From positions 1 through 42,899 of the forward strand of contig DHMD01000072.1 in NCBI GenBank assembly GCA_002405615.1: DNA of 42,899 nucleotides, read 5' to 3'. The position numbers and the translations under genes were made by a program. This document shows positions 18,354-28,353 of this stretch, piece after piece (the first letter of the stretch is position 1; the number at the start of each line of letters is the position of its first letter). The stretch is from Christensenella sp. UBA4651. GTDB lineage: Bacteria; Bacillota; Clostridia; Christensenellales; UBA1242. The notes under the pieces are model-generated. The model saw only the letters and a list, made by a program, of their open reading frames with translations. It was not told where the DNA came from and made no database searches.

Positions 18354-19312
18354 GTGTTTTTGCGAAATTTCTCCAAAATATTATATAAAATTAGGTAAAA
18401 TAACCCTTTTACCCCATATTTTTGAAAACTTTTGAACGATATTTGAACATTTTTGCTCTTAATTTCGTCAATAAAAGCCAAAACAAACCCCTCCGAATTT
18501 CTGCTCACAACCATCAAAATATCAAATTTATTGTCAAAAATATATTGCCTTGCCTTATCCAAATTCTTGAATTCTCGTTTTTCGAGAAACTCCACAATAC
18601 CTTTTGATACAAAATTATCTAGTCCAGTTTTGAGGAAGTCGCACCCAGCATAATCGAGTATTAATAATCGCCGTCTCTGCACAGTCATTAATTCCAGCAA
18701 CGCCTCATCAATCGAAATGGAGTCATCAATATAAATTTTGTCGCCCAAAGCCGAATAAACTTGCTGCTCTATTAGCGAACTCTCGCCACTATCACAACCA
18801 AAATGCAGCAGCATATCGCCGCAGTCATAGTTATAAGTAAAATCAGCGCCTACACTATCCGACAAACACTCTGAAATATTTATAATTTCAGATACGCCCT
18901 CCTCAACGAATAGTTTGAAATTAACTCCCCCATTTGCGGGCAAATTACCTCTATCATTTTCACTTCGCAGAGCGTCAACTACCCCATCGCCTAATCCTAT
19001 ATTAATAATAAAGCAAATTTTATCCGAATTTTGAGCAATGTAACCAAACTCTCTACGAGTATAAACCGTTGCTTGCACATAAGTATCCAAAACAGATTTT
19101 ACTCGTGCTAGACACTCCTGATTATCGAACGGAACAAAGATAACGCTTTTATCCATCATTAACTCCGTCAACTGTTGTTCCAAAAAATCGGTAGTAATCA
19201 ATTTGATATTATCCATTTGATAACCCAAAATAGCAAAAAAGCCTACAACAGGAGTTATAGGCATCTTTACATTATTCAAATCATCACAAATTACGATAAA
19301 TGATGTTTTCAC
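18347..19312 (-). CDS. Divergent CinA-position protein (degenerate CinA-like; function unknown)
   Basis: 321-aa ORF between pgsA and recA, the position cinA occupies in Bacillus. It shows only faint CinA-like stretches (N-terminal MKTSFIVICDD..., LLILDYAGCDFLKTGL versus the CinA TAESCTGG region). GTG start overlaps the pgsA stop (GTGA). Confidence 0.45.
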   Translation of the reverse strand: MKTSFIVICDDLNNVKMPITPVVGFFAILGYQMDNIKLITTDFLEQQLTELMMDKSVIFVPFDNQECLARVKSVLDTYVQATVYTRREFGYIAQNSDKICFIINIGLGDGVVDALRSENDRGNLPANGGVNFKLFVEEGVSEIINISECLSDSVGADFTYNYDCGDMLLHFGCDSGESSLIEQQVYSALGDKIYIDDSISIDEALLELMTVQRRRLLILDYAGCDFLKTGLDNFVSKGIVEFLEKREFKNLDKARQYIFDNKFDILMVVSRNSEGFVLAFIDEIKSKNVQISFKSFQKYGVKGLFYLILYNILEKFRKNTW

Positions 19313-19959
19313 TCTTTTGCTTGTTCCTTTTCACTTGTGTCTTTTGCAGTTTCCACTGACTCTTCCGCTGTTTTTTCTACAAAAATGTGCTTGTTTTTTA
19401 CGCAATATTCAACACCCGAGTAAATTGTAACCACTGTCGCAACACCCATAACAGAATATGCCATAATTGCCAACACCTGATTGATAACATCACAAGCAGC
19501 GATTCCCGTTCCGACAAATAACCCTTGCGAAATAAACATAAACATAGGAATATAAATATCAGTCAAAAACGCCTTTAACTTGCCACTCTTTGCAGCAGCC
19601 AAGACCTGCCCCTTACTAGCGGCAACTTGTCTAACACCATTGATAAGTGAATCTCTAACAAAAAGAATTGACAAAGCAATAATTCCCCAAGGAGAAGCAA
19701 CCGTACCGTCCGCTATTATTAGGAAAAACGCACAAGTATAGAGCATTTTGTCAGCGAGCGGGTCTAAAAGTTTCCCCAAATCGGTAACTTCGCCCCTCTT
19801 TCTCGCAATTTTCCCATCGAACAGGTCAGTTAGTGCAGCAACAATAAACAGAGCAACCGCAATGACCTTACCATAAGGGATAAATGTTGCTAGATAAAAG
19901 AACATCATAACAGGGACTAAAAATATCCTCAAAAAAGACAATTTGTTTGGTAAATTCAT
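19309..19959 (-). CDS. pgsA: CDP-diacylglycerol--glycerol-3-phosphate 3-phosphatidyltransferase
   Basis: CDP-alcohol phosphatidyltransferase motif DLFDGKIARKRGEVTDLGKLLDPLADK. Multiple TM helices. Conserved position upstream of cinA/recA. Confidence 0.92.
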   Translation of the reverse strand: MNLPNKLSFLRIFLVPVMMFFYLATFIPYGKVIAVALFIVAALTDLFDGKIARKRGEVTDLGKLLDPLADKMLYTCAFFLIIADGTVASPWGIIALSILFVRDSLINGVRQVAASKGQVLAAAKSGKLKAFLTDIYIPMFMFISQGLFVGTGIAACDVINQVLAIMAYSVMGVATVVTIYSGVEYCVKNKHIFVEKTAEESVETAKDTSEKEQAKE

Positions 19960-19976
19960 AATATCCTCATTTTTTG

Positions 19977-22715
19977 CTAATCATCTGTCAGAAAACCTCC
20001 GTCAGAGAAAAGCTCATTATATTTATTTTCATCAATCAAGACTTTACGCTTGTTTGTACCATCGGCAGGCGAAATAAAGCCATTCGTTTCCATTTGGTCT
20101 ACGATTCTCGCAGCACGAGCATAACCAACTGCATAACGGCGTTGAATTGCACTAATTGACGCATTTCCTGATTTAATAAAGTCGAAGAGCGCCTTTGGCA
20201 AAATTGGATCATATTCTACCCCATCGCCGCCGTCATCTCCGCCAGCACTAGCACCGCCACCGCTACCACTGCCCTTACCGTTCATAATCTGATCAACAAT
20301 AGTATCATCATACTCAACATCGTTATTCTTGATAATGAAGTCAACAATATTATTGATTTCTTGGTTATTTAGATATGGACATTGGATACGAACAGGTTCA
20401 GACATATCTTGCGGGAAGTACAGCATATCACCTTTACCCAAAAGTTTCTCCGCACCACCTTGATTAATAATGGTCATAGAGTCCTGATAGCTGTTGAGCG
20501 AGAACGCAATACGAGATGGCAAGTTCGTCTTGATCGTACCAGTGATGACATCAACCGATGGACGCTGGGTGGCAATCACGAGGTGAATACCAGCGGCACG
20601 AGCAAGTTGAGCTATACGCATAATCTTGTCCTCCAAGTCCTTTTTGCCGAACATCATTAGGTCTGCCAACTCATCAACAATAATCACAATTCTAGGAATC
20701 TTTGGTTCTCTTCCCTTGTACACAGCCTCTAATGAGTTGTATTCCTCAAAATTACGCACTTTGAGACGCTGGAAAGTACTAAATCGCCTATCCATTTCGC
20801 CAATTGCCCAATCGAACGCACTGAGCGCTTGTTTTGGCTGACAAATAGCCTCTGGCGTATACAAATGTGGCAACCCGTTGAAGTTTGAAAATTCTACTCG
20901 TTTTGGGTCAATCAAAATAAGTTTGAGGTCGTCTGGCCCCATTTTATATAGCAAGCTGATAATAATGATATTTAAGCACACACTCTTACCAGAACCAGTC
21001 GAACCAGCAACCAATAAGTGCGGCATTGACGCCAAATTACAAATTTTGATAGAACCTGAAATATCCTTTCCCAAAGCAAAAGGCAACGCCGATTTTGTAT
21101 TGTGGAACTCTGGCGAATCCAGCACATCTTTCAGTCCGATAGTTGCTATCTTTTTGTTAGGAATTTCGATACCTACGAGGTTTTTACCCGGAATCGGAGC
21201 TTCAATACGGACACCACCTATTGAACGCATCATCATCGCAATATCGTCAGCGTGCTGCTTAATTTTGTTTACAGAAATACCAGCAGGCATCTTGATTTCG
21301 TACCTTGTTACCGCAGGCCCCTGAACAATACTTTCTACCACAGCAGAGATTTTGAAGCTTTCTAGCGTTTCCTCCAATATTCGAGCATTCTGCTTGAATT
21401 CCATCTCGTTGCCGTCCATTTTGCTCGATTGGGTCGTAAGGAAAGTCATCGGAGGACGCACATACGGACTAGGTCTCTTGTAAACTGTTGTAGGGCTAGT
21501 AGTCGGCTTCGTCTGAGGCATTTCCAACTGCTCTAATTTCTCTTGATGAGCCTTAGGCTTCAAATCTTGTGCAAAATCATTCCTAAATCCACCGCTTGGT
21601 TTGACATCATCAAAAAGTTTATCAATATCGCCAAAAGATTTTATACCAGAATTGTTCATTGACGACATAGACATAGGCTTTAGTTCTTCTAGTTTTAGGT
21701 CTGCACAAAAATCACCTTGTTTGGTAGCATCCTTTTGTATTGGAGCAGGCTTTGTCTCAGCAAACGAAAAACTTTCCTTTGGTTGGAAGAAATCATCATC
21801 AAAACTCTTGTTTTGAGAGAAATTGTTGCCTTGCCCGAAACTATTTTGCGACTTTGTAGAACTCCCCCCCGCAGTATTTTTACTGAAATTTGCAAATGAA
21901 TTTTCTTTTGCATTCGAGATATATTGCGATATTGTCATTGGCTCTTGACTTTCCGCCTTTGGCTCATCTTTCTTTGTCATAGTTTCATAATCATCGCCAA
22001 AGATTTTACGAGCAAATCTATCAGCAAAATCATCAGCATTACTCACATTTTGCTGCTTTTGCTTTGCGTCCAACGTGATATTTATCGCCTCGCTACTACG
22101 CTGATTTGCGGCAGATTTACCTAGAATACTCGCCTTTGCAACCTCAGTATAATTTTGAGAGGCAGCATTCCTCACAGGATAAGAAATTGAACGTTGATTA
22201 ATTTTCTTGTAATCTTTGCGTTTTAGGCTGTAATCAATCATACAAGCAATACAAATAATCGCAAAAATTCCAAACACAATTAATGTCCCAGCGAGATTAA
22301 CTAGCGCACTAATACCATAGGCAAATATTCCCGATAACGCACCACCCGGAGTGGTCTTTGCGTTGTATACCTCGGACAAATATTGCCCGAAACTATTTGG
22401 AGTCAAATCAGTCAACACCGTTTGCAACACGCAAACAATGATAAAATATAGACCAATTAACGAGAATACATAGTTTTTTGCTATGCACAATTTCTTACCA
22501 CTAATCAGCACTATCCCCATACACGTAGTCATAACTAATACGGGATAGAGAGCCAAGCCAAAAACACCCAACAAAGCAGAGCGAATGAACGGCAACCAAT
22601 TAGTAATGATACAGAACAACAAAACCATCGAAAGCACGAGCAGCGTAATCCCCCACTTTGTCGAGGTGGACATAGTTTTTTTGTCGCTCACATTTCTACT
22701 TGTGTATTTCTGCAA
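19977..22715 (-). CDS. ftsK: DNA translocase FtsK/SpoIIIE
   Basis: 912 aa. N-terminal TM helices, low-complexity linker, motor domain (AGSTGSGKS, VIVDELADL, ATQRPSVDVITG), Gly-rich spacer and gamma wHTH (ISAIQRRYAVGYARAARIVDQME). TTG start 6 nt after GGAGG. Confidence 0.96.
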   Translation of the reverse strand: MQKYTSRNVSDKKTMSTSTKWGITLLVLSMVLLFCIITNWLPFIRSALLGVFGLALYPVLVMTTCMGIVLISGKKLCIAKNYVFSLIGLYFIIVCVLQTVLTDLTPNSFGQYLSEVYNAKTTPGGALSGIFAYGISALVNLAGTLIVFGIFAIICIACMIDYSLKRKDYKKINQRSISYPVRNAASQNYTEVAKASILGKSAANQRSSEAINITLDAKQKQQNVSNADDFADRFARKIFGDDYETMTKKDEPKAESQEPMTISQYISNAKENSFANFSKNTAGGSSTKSQNSFGQGNNFSQNKSFDDDFFQPKESFSFAETKPAPIQKDATKQGDFCADLKLEELKPMSMSSMNNSGIKSFGDIDKLFDDVKPSGGFRNDFAQDLKPKAHQEKLEQLEMPQTKPTTSPTTVYKRPSPYVRPPMTFLTTQSSKMDGNEMEFKQNARILEETLESFKISAVVESIVQGPAVTRYEIKMPAGISVNKIKQHADDIAMMMRSIGGVRIEAPIPGKNLVGIEIPNKKIATIGLKDVLDSPEFHNTKSALPFALGKDISGSIKICNLASMPHLLVAGSTGSGKSVCLNIIIISLLYKMGPDDLKLILIDPKRVEFSNFNGLPHLYTPEAICQPKQALSAFDWAIGEMDRRFSTFQRLKVRNFEEYNSLEAVYKGREPKIPRIVIIVDELADLMMFGKKDLEDKIMRIAQLARAAGIHLVIATQRPSVDVITGTIKTNLPSRIAFSLNSYQDSMTIINQGGAEKLLGKGDMLYFPQDMSEPVRIQCPYLNNQEINNIVDFIIKNNDVEYDDTIVDQIMNGKGSGSGGGASAGGDDGGDGVEYDPILPKALFDFIKSGNASISAIQRRYAVGYARAARIVDQMETNGFISPADGTNKRKVLIDENKYNELFSDGGFLTDD

Positions 22716-22826
22716 AACATACCTCCAAAATCTCTTGCAAATCTCTTATATTCTATATTATCATTTTTCCCCGCAAAACACAAACAAAACAATATATTTT
22801 TTGAATTATGAATATAGAAATTTTTG

Positions 22827-24092
22827 TCAAACTCCAAAGATAGAGAGTACATCTACCACTTCTGTTTTGCTTACAACGCTAGCGGTAAGGTAATCTGCGT
22901 CAAAATATTTATTGAATGCAGCATTCATTTCTTCCAGTGCTACAGCGTCAATCTGTGCTAATTCGTAATTTACGTCAAAATCAGAATCATTGTAAATTAA
23001 CACTTCACCATTTCTCGAAGCACGCGCCGAAATCGTTTGTTGAGAGAGAACTAGCGAACTTTTGCAGATGTTTTTGAAGGTTTTTAACTCATCGTTGGTA
23101 AAGCCGTTTTCTCTAATATCTTGTATTGTTTCCTTGATTAATTCAACCACCTGTTTGGCATTTTGCTCACTACTGATAAAATTAATACTATTCACGCCAC
23201 AATCTCCAAATAGGCAAGGCGCAGTACCAATCACGTAGACCAAACCGTACTCTTCACGCAATTTGACAAACAACCTAGAAGTACTCGTAGAACCCAAGCA
23301 CAACCTTGCTAGATTAAAAGCATACTTGTCTGGGCTAGACTTGTTTATCCCCCTAAAATTTAGATAACAATAGACTTGGTCAGTATTTTTGCTCTCAAAT
23401 TTGTACCTAGTCTTTATATCAATCGGCAAACAATCTTTCCTAAAAGAAATCGGTTTTTGAGTCTTGAATTTAGGTAAAATTAGATACTCTTGAACCAATT
23501 TGTCCACTGTCCCAAAATCAATATTACCGCAGACTGACACCACAATTCTATTTGGCGTGTACCACTTGTCACGGAAAGCAAGTAAATCCTCTGTTTGTAA
23601 ACGAGAAACTGACTTAACAGTGCCACCCAGCACATAGTCGTACCCCGTCCCCTGCAAGCCTACAATTATCGAATTTGTACCAGCAACACTCTCAAAATCA
23701 TTTTCGTACATTTCTAGTTCACTGCAAACAACTGTCTTTTCTTTTGCTAATTCTTTTGCGTCAAAAACGGAATTGTACAGACAATCACTCATAACATCAA
23801 AAATAGTACTCAAATGCTCTGTCAAGCCCTGCGCATGAAAACATGTCCTATCAAAATCGGTAAATGCATTTATCATAACGCCTAATTTATCAAAAGTCGA
23901 GTTGATTTGATGAGCGGTTCTAGTTTTAGTTCCCTTAAAAAACATATGCTCCAACAAATGCGCAATTCCACGATTGCTATCGTCCTCGTCTCTACCTCCG
24001 ACCAGACAATATATTTTGACAACTGCCGCCGCAATAGTATCATTTTCTTCGTGTATTAGTCTTAAACCACAATCATAAGTCTTTGTATTCAT
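22827..24092 (-). CDS. M16-family zinc peptidase (insulinase-like, YmfH/YmfF-like)
   Basis: HxxEH motif (HLLEHMFFKGT). Located downstream of ftsK as in Bacillus. Start at ATG 24092 (GGAG SD); an alternative ATG lies at 24104. Confidence 0.88.
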   Translation of the reverse strand: MNTKTYDCGLRLIHEENDTIAAAVVKIYCLVGGRDEDDSNRGIAHLLEHMFFKGTKTRTAHQINSTFDKLGVMINAFTDFDRTCFHAQGLTEHLSTIFDVMSDCLYNSVFDAKELAKEKTVVCSELEMYENDFESVAGTNSIIVGLQGTGYDYVLGGTVKSVSRLQTEDLLAFRDKWYTPNRIVVSVCGNIDFGTVDKLVQEYLILPKFKTQKPISFRKDCLPIDIKTRYKFESKNTDQVYCYLNFRGINKSSPDKYAFNLARLCLGSTSTSRLFVKLREEYGLVYVIGTAPCLFGDCGVNSINFISSEQNAKQVVELIKETIQDIRENGFTNDELKTFKNICKSSLVLSQQTISARASRNGEVLIYNDSDFDVNYELAQIDAVALEEMNAAFNKYFDADYLTASVVSKTEVVDVLSIFGV

Positions 24093-24157
24093 AAAATTCT
24101 CCATATATTCCCTAAATTTAGTAGTTTAAGTGTAGCACTTTTTTGTGTTTTTTACAA

Positions 24158-24871
24158 TCAAATGGCTATATTTTGCGAAACTGGTACGACCTTAAAATTG
24201 TTTTCTTTGCAAAATTTGAGGATTTGAGGCAACGCTTCCATCGTGTTTAGCGTAGGGTGCATCAGTATCAAATCGCCATTTGACATATTTTTGACCGCAC
24301 GATTATAAATTGTTTGAGTATTTTTATCCCGCCAATCAATCGTATCTCTTGACCACATAATTGTCTGATACCCGTGAATTTTTGCAGCCGAAACCGTATG
24401 TTCATTGAATGAGCCAGACGGCGGTGCAAATAACTTCATCGGCTTCCCCGTATATTCCAGCACCAACTTGTGAGTATTCATAATTTCCTGCTGATTTTGC
24501 TCAAAATTCAGTTTACCTTGGTCTTTGTGAAAATACCCGTGATTTCCGATTTCGTGTCCACGCTCCACAATTTTCATAAAGAGTTCAGGGAAACGACTCA
24601 CCCAACTCCCACCTACAAAAAATGTTGTCTTGACCTCAAATTCGTCCAAAGTAGTTAGCATACTTTCCAAATACTCATTCCCCCAGTACACATTAATCAT
24701 CAGCGTTACCTCTGCTTTTTCTGTACTCCCTCTATAATATACGCCCTCCGAACTAGGGACAAATACGCTCTTGATATTGTTATCAAATGCCAACACTGCA
24801 ATTGTTGCGAGCATTACCACAATCACACAGTTTATGCCCATCGAAACCAAAAATTTTTTGCCTATCTTCAT
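24158..24871 (-). CDS. Polysaccharide deacetylase (NodB homology domain), membrane-anchored
   Basis: N-terminal TM helix, then TTFFVGGSW, HEIGNHGYFH, FAPPSGSF, LMHP. Confidence 0.88.
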   Translation of the reverse strand: MKIGKKFLVSMGINCVIVVMLATIAVLAFDNNIKSVFVPSSEGVYYRGSTEKAEVTLMINVYWGNEYLESMLTTLDEFEVKTTFFVGGSWVSRFPELFMKIVERGHEIGNHGYFHKDQGKLNFEQNQQEIMNTHKLVLEYTGKPMKLFAPPSGSFNEHTVSAAKIHGYQTIMWSRDTIDWRDKNTQTIYNRAVKNMSNGDLILMHPTLNTMEALPQILKFCKENNFKVVPVSQNIAI

Positions 24872-24925
24872 AATAACCTCTAAACCAATATATTATTTCG
24901 TCAACCTTTTTATGCTAACATTCAC

Positions 24926-24954
24926 TTGACAAAATCAACAGTTTAGGTTATTAT
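24926..24954 (+). promoter_or_regulatory. Promoter of the guanylate-kinase-like gene
   Basis: TTGACA (24926-24931), 17 nt, TATTAT (24949-24954). Confidence 0.5.
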
Positions 24955-24986
24955 TTTACAAAATCTTTTTGAACTTAGGAGAAATT

Positions 24987-25682
24987 ATGCAGAACGGGAA
25001 TATGTTGTTTTTGATTGCGGGTAGTACTGGTGCAGGCAAAACAACTATAATTAAAAAGGCTATTGAGATTTTTGGCAAACAAAATCTAAATACATTCCCT
25101 ACTTGCACGGCTAGACCACCTCGTGAGGGTGAGCAAAATGGTCGTGATTACATATTTTTTGATAAAGACGGTTTCCGTGCTGCTATTAGACGACACGAGG
25201 TCATTGAGGCAAAAAAAGTTTATAATAACTTTTATGGTACTCATCTCCCTGTGATTTTGGACAAAATGCAGCAAACCAAAGTTTTGATAAAGGATTTTGA
25301 TGTGGAGGGCTACCAAAATGTTATGAGGCGTATTGATTACGGGTTGAGTTTGCGTTGTGAGCCAGTCTTGCCTATGGTTTCCGTTCTGATAGACGCTCCT
25401 GACGAAATTTTGCTATCTAGGATTTGTGGCAGAAACGACAACACAAATGTCGCAGAAAGACAGACCTACCTTTCTCACGAGAGAGAGTGCAAGAACCGCA
25501 ATGTCTATTCCTATCGCATAGACAATTCACACAACACCCCTACTCCTTGTCTAAACACTTTGTGTGATATAATTAATCAAGAATACGCTCGCCATTACGG
25601 CACTCCTTTGCGAGAACTACCAGAAAATGGAATTTCTATGAATGCAGAGGTTGCTGCCGCCGAAGAGCAAGCAAAAATATAA
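24987..25682 (+). CDS. Guanylate-kinase-like P-loop protein (paralogue; exact activity uncertain)
   Basis: P-loop GSTGAGKTT and TCTARPPREGEQNGRDYIFF resemble the Gmk TTRPxRxGExxGxDYxF motif. Has an extra ~40-aa C-terminal region. ATG 24987 with AGGAG SD; the track TTG 24969 is rejected. Confidence 0.65.
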   Translation: MQNGNMLFLIAGSTGAGKTTIIKKAIEIFGKQNLNTFPTCTARPPREGEQNGRDYIFFDKDGFRAAIRRHEVIEAKKVYNNFYGTHLPVILDKMQQTKVLIKDFDVEGYQNVMRRIDYGLSLRCEPVLPMVSVLIDAPDEILLSRICGRNDNTNVAERQTYLSHERECKNRNVYSYRIDNSHNTPTPCLNTLCDIINQEYARHYGTPLRELPENGISMNAEVAAAEEQAKI

Positions 25683-25706
25683 AGCCCCATTTTATGGGAC
25701 TTTTTT
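25681..25706. terminator. Probable bidirectional terminator between the gmk-like gene and rlmN
   Basis: AAAGCCCCAT-ttt-ATGGGACTTT with one mismatch, followed by a T-run. Confidence 0.5.
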
Positions 25707-25707
25707 A

Positions 25708-26748
25708 TTAATCTTTATTTATAATAGAATTTCTCAATTGACCGCAAGCACCACCAATATCATCACCAATAGTACGCCTAACCGTAACAGAAACACCCAA
25801 CTTTATCAGAATATTAGCAAATTGCTCTGCTTTTTTGTGCGTAACCGTTTTCAATTCTCTTTCTTTAACTTCATTTAGTGGAATTAAATTTACATGGCTC
25901 GGGAAGCCTTTTACTAGCCCCGCCAGTTCGCGGGCACACTCGGGCGTGTTGTTGACCCCGTCTGTCAGAGCATACTCAAAAATTACTCGCCTACCAGTGA
26001 TTTCAAAATACTCTTTTGCTGCAGCGATTATCTCGGCAACCGAGTAGCGGTTAGCAATTGGCATAATTTTTCTGCGGATTTCATCATTCGGTGCGTGTAG
26101 TGAAATTGTCAAAACTACCTGTAAATTTTCGTGAGCAAGCCTAACTATATTAGGCACAATTCCGCAAGTAGATAGCGAAATATTCCTTTCCGACATATTC
26201 AAGCCATCTGGCGAATTGATGAGGCGAATGAATTTGACAACATTATCATAGTTATCTAGCGGCTCGCCACTCCCCATTAGTACAACATTGGTTATCGCCC
26301 TTTCTCTATCTTTCTTGCCACCCAAATACGCATTAACGAGCAAAACTTGACTCAAAATTTCGCCGCAAGTCAAATTCCTAACCAACCCATTGAGAGTAGA
26401 AGCACAGAACTTGCACCCCATACGACACCCAACCTGTGTCGAAACGCACAAAGTATTCCCGTATTTGTAGCTCATTAGCACACCTTCGATAATGTTACCA
26501 TCACACAATTCATAGGCAAATTTTTTTGTGCCGTCCTTTCCCTCCAAAACAGTATGAATTTTGAGAGGAAAATCATAAAATCTCCCCAATAATTTCTGCT
26601 TTAACTCATTAGAGATATTACTGTACTCGCTGATTTTTTTGCCCAAAACAATATTATCCATAATTTGGCGTGCTCTAAAAGGTTTTTCTCCAAAATCCTT
26701 AATTAATGCTTGTAGTTCTTCTAAACTGTAATCTTGTAAAACTTCCAT
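25708..26748 (-). CDS. rlmN: 23S rRNA/tRNA (adenine-C2)-methyltransferase RlmN (radical SAM)
   Basis: 346 aa. FRARQI N-terminus, radical SAM CRMGCKFC, MGSGEPL, C-terminal GGACGQL. Confidence 0.95.
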   Translation of the reverse strand: MEVLQDYSLEELQALIKDFGEKPFRARQIMDNIVLGKKISEYSNISNELKQKLLGRFYDFPLKIHTVLEGKDGTKKFAYELCDGNIIEGVLMSYKYGNTLCVSTQVGCRMGCKFCASTLNGLVRNLTCGEILSQVLLVNAYLGGKKDRERAITNVVLMGSGEPLDNYDNVVKFIRLINSPDGLNMSERNISLSTCGIVPNIVRLAHENLQVVLTISLHAPNDEIRRKIMPIANRYSVAEIIAAAKEYFEITGRRVIFEYALTDGVNNTPECARELAGLVKGFPSHVNLIPLNEVKERELKTVTHKKAEQFANILIKLGVSVTVRRTIGDDIGGACGQLRNSIINKD

Positions 26749-26774
26749 TTTTTACCTCAAAATATTTTGTAAAC

Positions 26775-26797
26775 AAAAAAGCGGCAACGATGCCACT
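26775..26797 (-). terminator. Intrinsic terminator of rpsO
   Basis: On the - strand: AGUGGCA-ucgu-UGCCGCU (one G-U pair) followed by UUUUUUG. Confidence 0.7.
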
Positions 26798-26803
26798 TCT
26801 TTA

Positions 26804-27058
26804 TTAACGCAAGCCAAGTTCGGCATTGAGTTTCCTGTAACTTTCTAGGTCAGTACGCTCCAAGTACTTTCTCAAACCTTGACGCTTACCTACCAACTTC
26901 AACAAACCACGACGAGTGTGGTTGTCCTTTGGGTGAGCCTGCAAGTGAGCAGTCAAATGGTTAATTCTCTCTGTAAGGAGAGCGATTTGAACCTCTGTAG
27001 AACCAGTATCCTTCTCATTCTGACCGTACTTAGCGATGATTTCTTGTTTAGTCATCAT
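26804..27058 (-). CDS. rpsO: 30S ribosomal protein S15
   Basis: 84 aa. [55 protein letters not shown]. Confidence 0.96.
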   Translation of the reverse strand: MMTKQEIIAKYGQNEKDTGSTEVQIALLTERINHLTAHLQAHPKDNHTRRGLLKLVGKRQGLRKYLERTDLESYRKLNAELGLR

Positions 27059-27144
27059 AATTTATGTTCCTCCGTAAATAAATTCGCCTAAAACAACGCA
27101 AGACGCGGAGTAAATCCGTCAAGCCTAGTAATAGGTATGCTTGC

Positions 27145-27173
27145 ATTATAGCATAAAGCCCGCCGTTTGTAAA
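27145..27173 (-). promoter_or_regulatory. rpsO promoter (followed by a ~85-nt leader)
   Basis: On the - strand: TTTACA (27168-27173), 17 nt, TATAAT (27145-27150). Confidence 0.6.
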
Positions 27174-27177
27174 GACT

Positions 27178-28344
27178 TTATGCAAAAAACTCTAATTTTT
27201 TGTCGATAATTTTGTCTACATTCTTGGTATATTCTTTCAAATCGGTCGAATTTTGATAATTCTTCCTAATATTCGGCAGGTTTTTGACAATCATACTTTC
27301 AGCACATACTCCGCAGCCAATGACAGTAGAAATGCCATACATCCTATCTTCCAAAAACTTGCTCTTCATCCCCGACAGGCAATATCCGACATTTTCAAAA
27401 CAGCCTCCCTCCACCTCAGAGCAGTACAGGAAATATGGAGTAAATTTCTGTTCCGTCATATAGTCATTTACAGTTTCTTGTATTTTGCGTTGGGCGGCAA
27501 CCTTTGCTTGCTCCAACATAGGTGCATTTTGAATTTTAGGACAATACCTAGCGAACAAGTCTATACAGTCCGCCCCAAATTCCATAGACAATTTGAGGTT
27601 ACGCATTAACTGCAAATCCCTCTCCTTACCCATTCCCACAACCAAACGTATATTTAGGTCAAAGTTATACGCTTTCAACAACTCCAAATTCGACCTAATT
27701 TCTCGCAACTCAAAATGCTTGTTTATACTACGCAAGGTAACCATATTGAATGTAAGAGCATTCAGGATAAAGCGCACATTATTAAATTTTTTGAGAATAT
27801 CCAATTTTTCACGAGTAATATGTTTCGCATCACTCACTTCGACACAAATTTCGCATAAAGGATAGGCAACCAGTGCAAAAATTTCCTCAATCTCATTCGG
27901 GGCGAAAGCCAGAACATTACCAGTAAAACATACGGCTTTAACAAAATAACCCTTTTTACGAATCATATCACGAGTCGCCTGAATTTCACTAACTAGTGCG
28001 TCATAATATTGAGCATAACATTTATGCGTTCTCTTGTACGTAACTCGATTACAATTAGAACATTGATTATCACAAATCGGCACGCAAATTTCCAGCAAAA
28101 CTTCACTATCATTCCGCACAATTCCCGACTCTTGTTGATAAGCACTGACTAGCAAATTCGCCTTGCGAAAATCCATATGTTTCTCAACAAATAGGTAATC
28201 TCTCAAATCTTCGCAAGGAACACCGCCCTCAACGAGTTTAGCTACAATTTGAGTAGGATACTTGACTCTAAATTCTTCTGTCCACGGCAATTTTGTGAAA
28301 TCTTTTGGTTTAACTTTGACTTTTGGGATTCTTAATTTTGGCAT
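27178..28344 (-). CDS. Radical SAM protein, HemN/HemZ (oxygen-independent coproporphyrinogen oxidase-like) family
   Basis: 388 aa. CxxxCxxC cluster motif CDNQCSNC. Begins 9 nt after the recJ stop. AAGAGGA SD. Confidence 0.7.
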   Translation of the reverse strand: MPKLRIPKVKVKPKDFTKLPWTEEFRVKYPTQIVAKLVEGGVPCEDLRDYLFVEKHMDFRKANLLVSAYQQESGIVRNDSEVLLEICVPICDNQCSNCNRVTYKRTHKCYAQYYDALVSEIQATRDMIRKKGYFVKAVCFTGNVLAFAPNEIEEIFALVAYPLCEICVEVSDAKHITREKLDILKKFNNVRFILNALTFNMVTLRSINKHFELREIRSNLELLKAYNFDLNIRLVVGMGKERDLQLMRNLKLSMEFGADCIDLFARYCPKIQNAPMLEQAKVAAQRKIQETVNDYMTEQKFTPYFLYCSEVEGGCFENVGYCLSGMKSKFLEDRMYGISTVIGCGVCAESMIVKNLPNIRKNYQNSTDLKEYTKNVDKIIDKKLEFFA

Positions 28345-28353
28345 AATTCCTCT

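Noticed and set aside
27151-27182. 8-bp inverted repeat GCATAAAG...CTTTATGC spanning the stop of the HemN-like gene, considered as a terminator.
   Set aside because: The loop is 16 nt, no proper U-tract follows, and the repeat overlaps the rpsO promoter spacer. This is too weak to call.
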